64,000 nucleotides of DNA from a virus. Its lineage: Duplodnaviria > Heunggongvirae > Uroviricota > Caudoviricetes. Shown here in pieces: positions 62,927 through 64,000 of this stretch. The stretch lies in IMG/VR virus record IMGVR_UViG_3300025711_000006. The stretch is one strand, 5' to 3'. The translations under genes were made by a program, and so were the position numbers. Numbering within the stretch: the first letter of the stretch is position 1; each line of letters opens with the position of its first letter. The notes beneath the pieces are model-generated. The model did not search any database, had not been told where the DNA came from, and worked only from the letters and a program-made list of their open reading frames with translations.

Positions 62927-64000
62927 TTAAGTACGGGTCATGCGCTTTACAGCGGCACGAGTTGCAGCATCAGCCGGGTCTACTTCAGAGTCGGCTTTAT
63001 CAGCGTCTAGGTCTGTGTCCTGGCCGAGTTCAGTCATTAGTGCGGACTGTTCTACGGTTGCTTTGGTGGCAGCGAAGCCATCAACTACAGCTTGGAAAGT
63101 TGCGTCATCGAGTGAGGCAAGGCTTGTCATCAGGCCGTCTACGCGGTCAGCAGCTACAGCAGCGGAAAGGGAGGCTTTGCGAGCAGCCAGAGCCATTTCT
63201 GCCTTCTCTTCTTTCAGCGAAGTTAGTTCGCTCTCTGCGGCAGCTAGGGATGTAGTGGCCGCTTCGAGCTGCGCAGTCATCTCAGCGATGTTGCTAGCGA
63301 CAGCTTCAAGAGCAGAAGTCTTCTCAGCAAGAGCGACTTCGGAAGTTTCAAGTTTGGCTGTAAGCTCATCGAATTGAGCTTGTAGTTCAGCAAGTTTCAT
63401 AGGGTCATCCTGTTCGGACATTGATTTAAAAATTCGTGGTTTAAACACGGAGGCACCACTCATGTTGGTCTGGGCTTCATCAGCCAGATATGAATAAAAC
63501 TCTTCAGGAGTCATTACTTGGTCAGCAAGACCCAACTCAACAGCCTCATTAGCCATAAACATGCGGGCTTGAGTTGATCTAACTGCTTCGACTGAGATGC
63601 CCCTGAATTCAGCAACATGCTCTGTGAAGTCTTTGTAGCAAATGTCTACTTTCTTCTGGAGGTCGGCCAAGAAGCCTTCACGCCAACTTCCATCTTCAGC
63701 AAATGGAATCTTGTCGTCACCGGCTGTAATGAATGTCCGTTCGTAGCCCTCTTTCTCCAGAGCCTTGGAATCGTTAATGAGCTGTACAAGTACGCCCACA
63801 CTTCCAAGCTCAGAATCCCGAGCTGCGATAACTTCATCTGCGATTGCTGTAAGGCCATAAGCAGCAGAGGCCGAGCGGCCATCTACATACGCCAGGAGGC
63901 GTACACCATTGTCGTCTAGTAGCTTGCGGATATAGCGAGCCGAGTCCGACATTTGATGTGCTTCACCACCACCACTATCAACCATCCAGGCAATTGTCTT
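62927..64000 (-). CDS. prohead protease (S49/ClpP-like, lambda C-like) fused in frame to coiled-coil scaffold; 5' end outside window
   Basis: Frame open to the window edge (KTIAWMVDSGGGEAHQ...); C-terminal ELQAQFDELTAKLETSEVALAEK coiled coil; internal Met codons at 63421 and 63400 could give a nested Nu3-like scaffold. Confidence 0.65.
   Translation of the reverse strand, partial: KTIAWMVDSGGGEAHQMSDSARYIRKLLDDNGVRLLAYVDGRSASAAYGLTAIADEVIAARDSELGSVGVLVQLINDSKALEKEGYERTFITAGDDKIPFAEDGSWREGFLADLQKKVDICYKDFTEHVAEFRGISVEAVRSTQARMFMANEAVELGLADQVMTPEEFYSYLADEAQTNMSGASVFKPRIFKSMSEQDDPMKLAELQAQFDELTAKLETSEVALAEKTSALEAVASNIAEMTAQLEAATTSLAAAESELTSLKEEKAEMALAARKASLSAAVAADRVDGLMTSLASLDDATFQAVVDGFAATKATVEQSALMTELGQDTDLDADKADSEVDPADAATRAAVKRMTRT

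Overview
The window is dominated by a lambdoid siphophage-like element, or a phage-plasmid hybrid, with no rRNA, tRNA or CRISPR. Calls rest on motifs, gene order and my recall of protein families; no database search was possible.

Layout, left to right:
- 1-5.7 kb, plus strand: a tight operon of small early or regulatory genes (XRE-type HTH protein, Zn-ribbon proteins, a CxxCxxCC protein), then an insulated single-gene unit.
- 5.8-9.4 kb, minus strand: small ORFan genes, a lipoprotein and a XerC/D-type tyrosine integrase.
- 9.3-10.5 kb: ORF-free, palindrome-rich region next to the integrase; candidate attP/regulatory region.
- 10.5-24.6 kb, minus strand: about 40 small genes of unknown function, split into at least six transcription units by near-identical sigma70-like promoter plus 5'UTR cassettes (TTGCTA-N17-TAGAAT with an embedded CTATAG-N5-CTATAG dyad).
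- 24.6-30.8 kb, accessory block:
  - MvaT/MvaU-like H-NS family gene with CCCCCTGTRR repeat boxes;
  - small HTH protein;
  - ParA (type Ib) plus an RHH ParG-like protein, embedded in about 1.2 kb of 8-bp periodic repeats (candidate centromere or iterons);
  - RepL-like winged-helix protein;
  - a 700-bp ORF-poor structured region.
- 30.8-36.9 kb: minus-strand operon containing an SPFH/flotillin-like membrane protein, divergent from a plus-strand cluster of 7-8 translationally coupled small transmembrane proteins plus a HicA-like protein. The shared control region has a perfect 18-bp palindrome.
- 36.9-39.1 kb: lysis cassette (SAR GH24 endolysin, holin-like protein, overlapping i/o-spanins, DUF1353-like protein).
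- 39.5-64 kb, minus strand: lambda-like morphogenesis module in lambda gene order:
  - head: protease/scaffold (5' end outside the window), D-like, capsid;
  - joining/neck: head-tail joining proteins;
  - tail: a second tail-tube paralog, U-like, V, G/G-T with an A_AAA_AAC -1 frameshift site, tape measure, M, L, K, I;
  - tail tip: a giant 3853-aa J-like protein with about 11 repeated putative receptor-binding modules.
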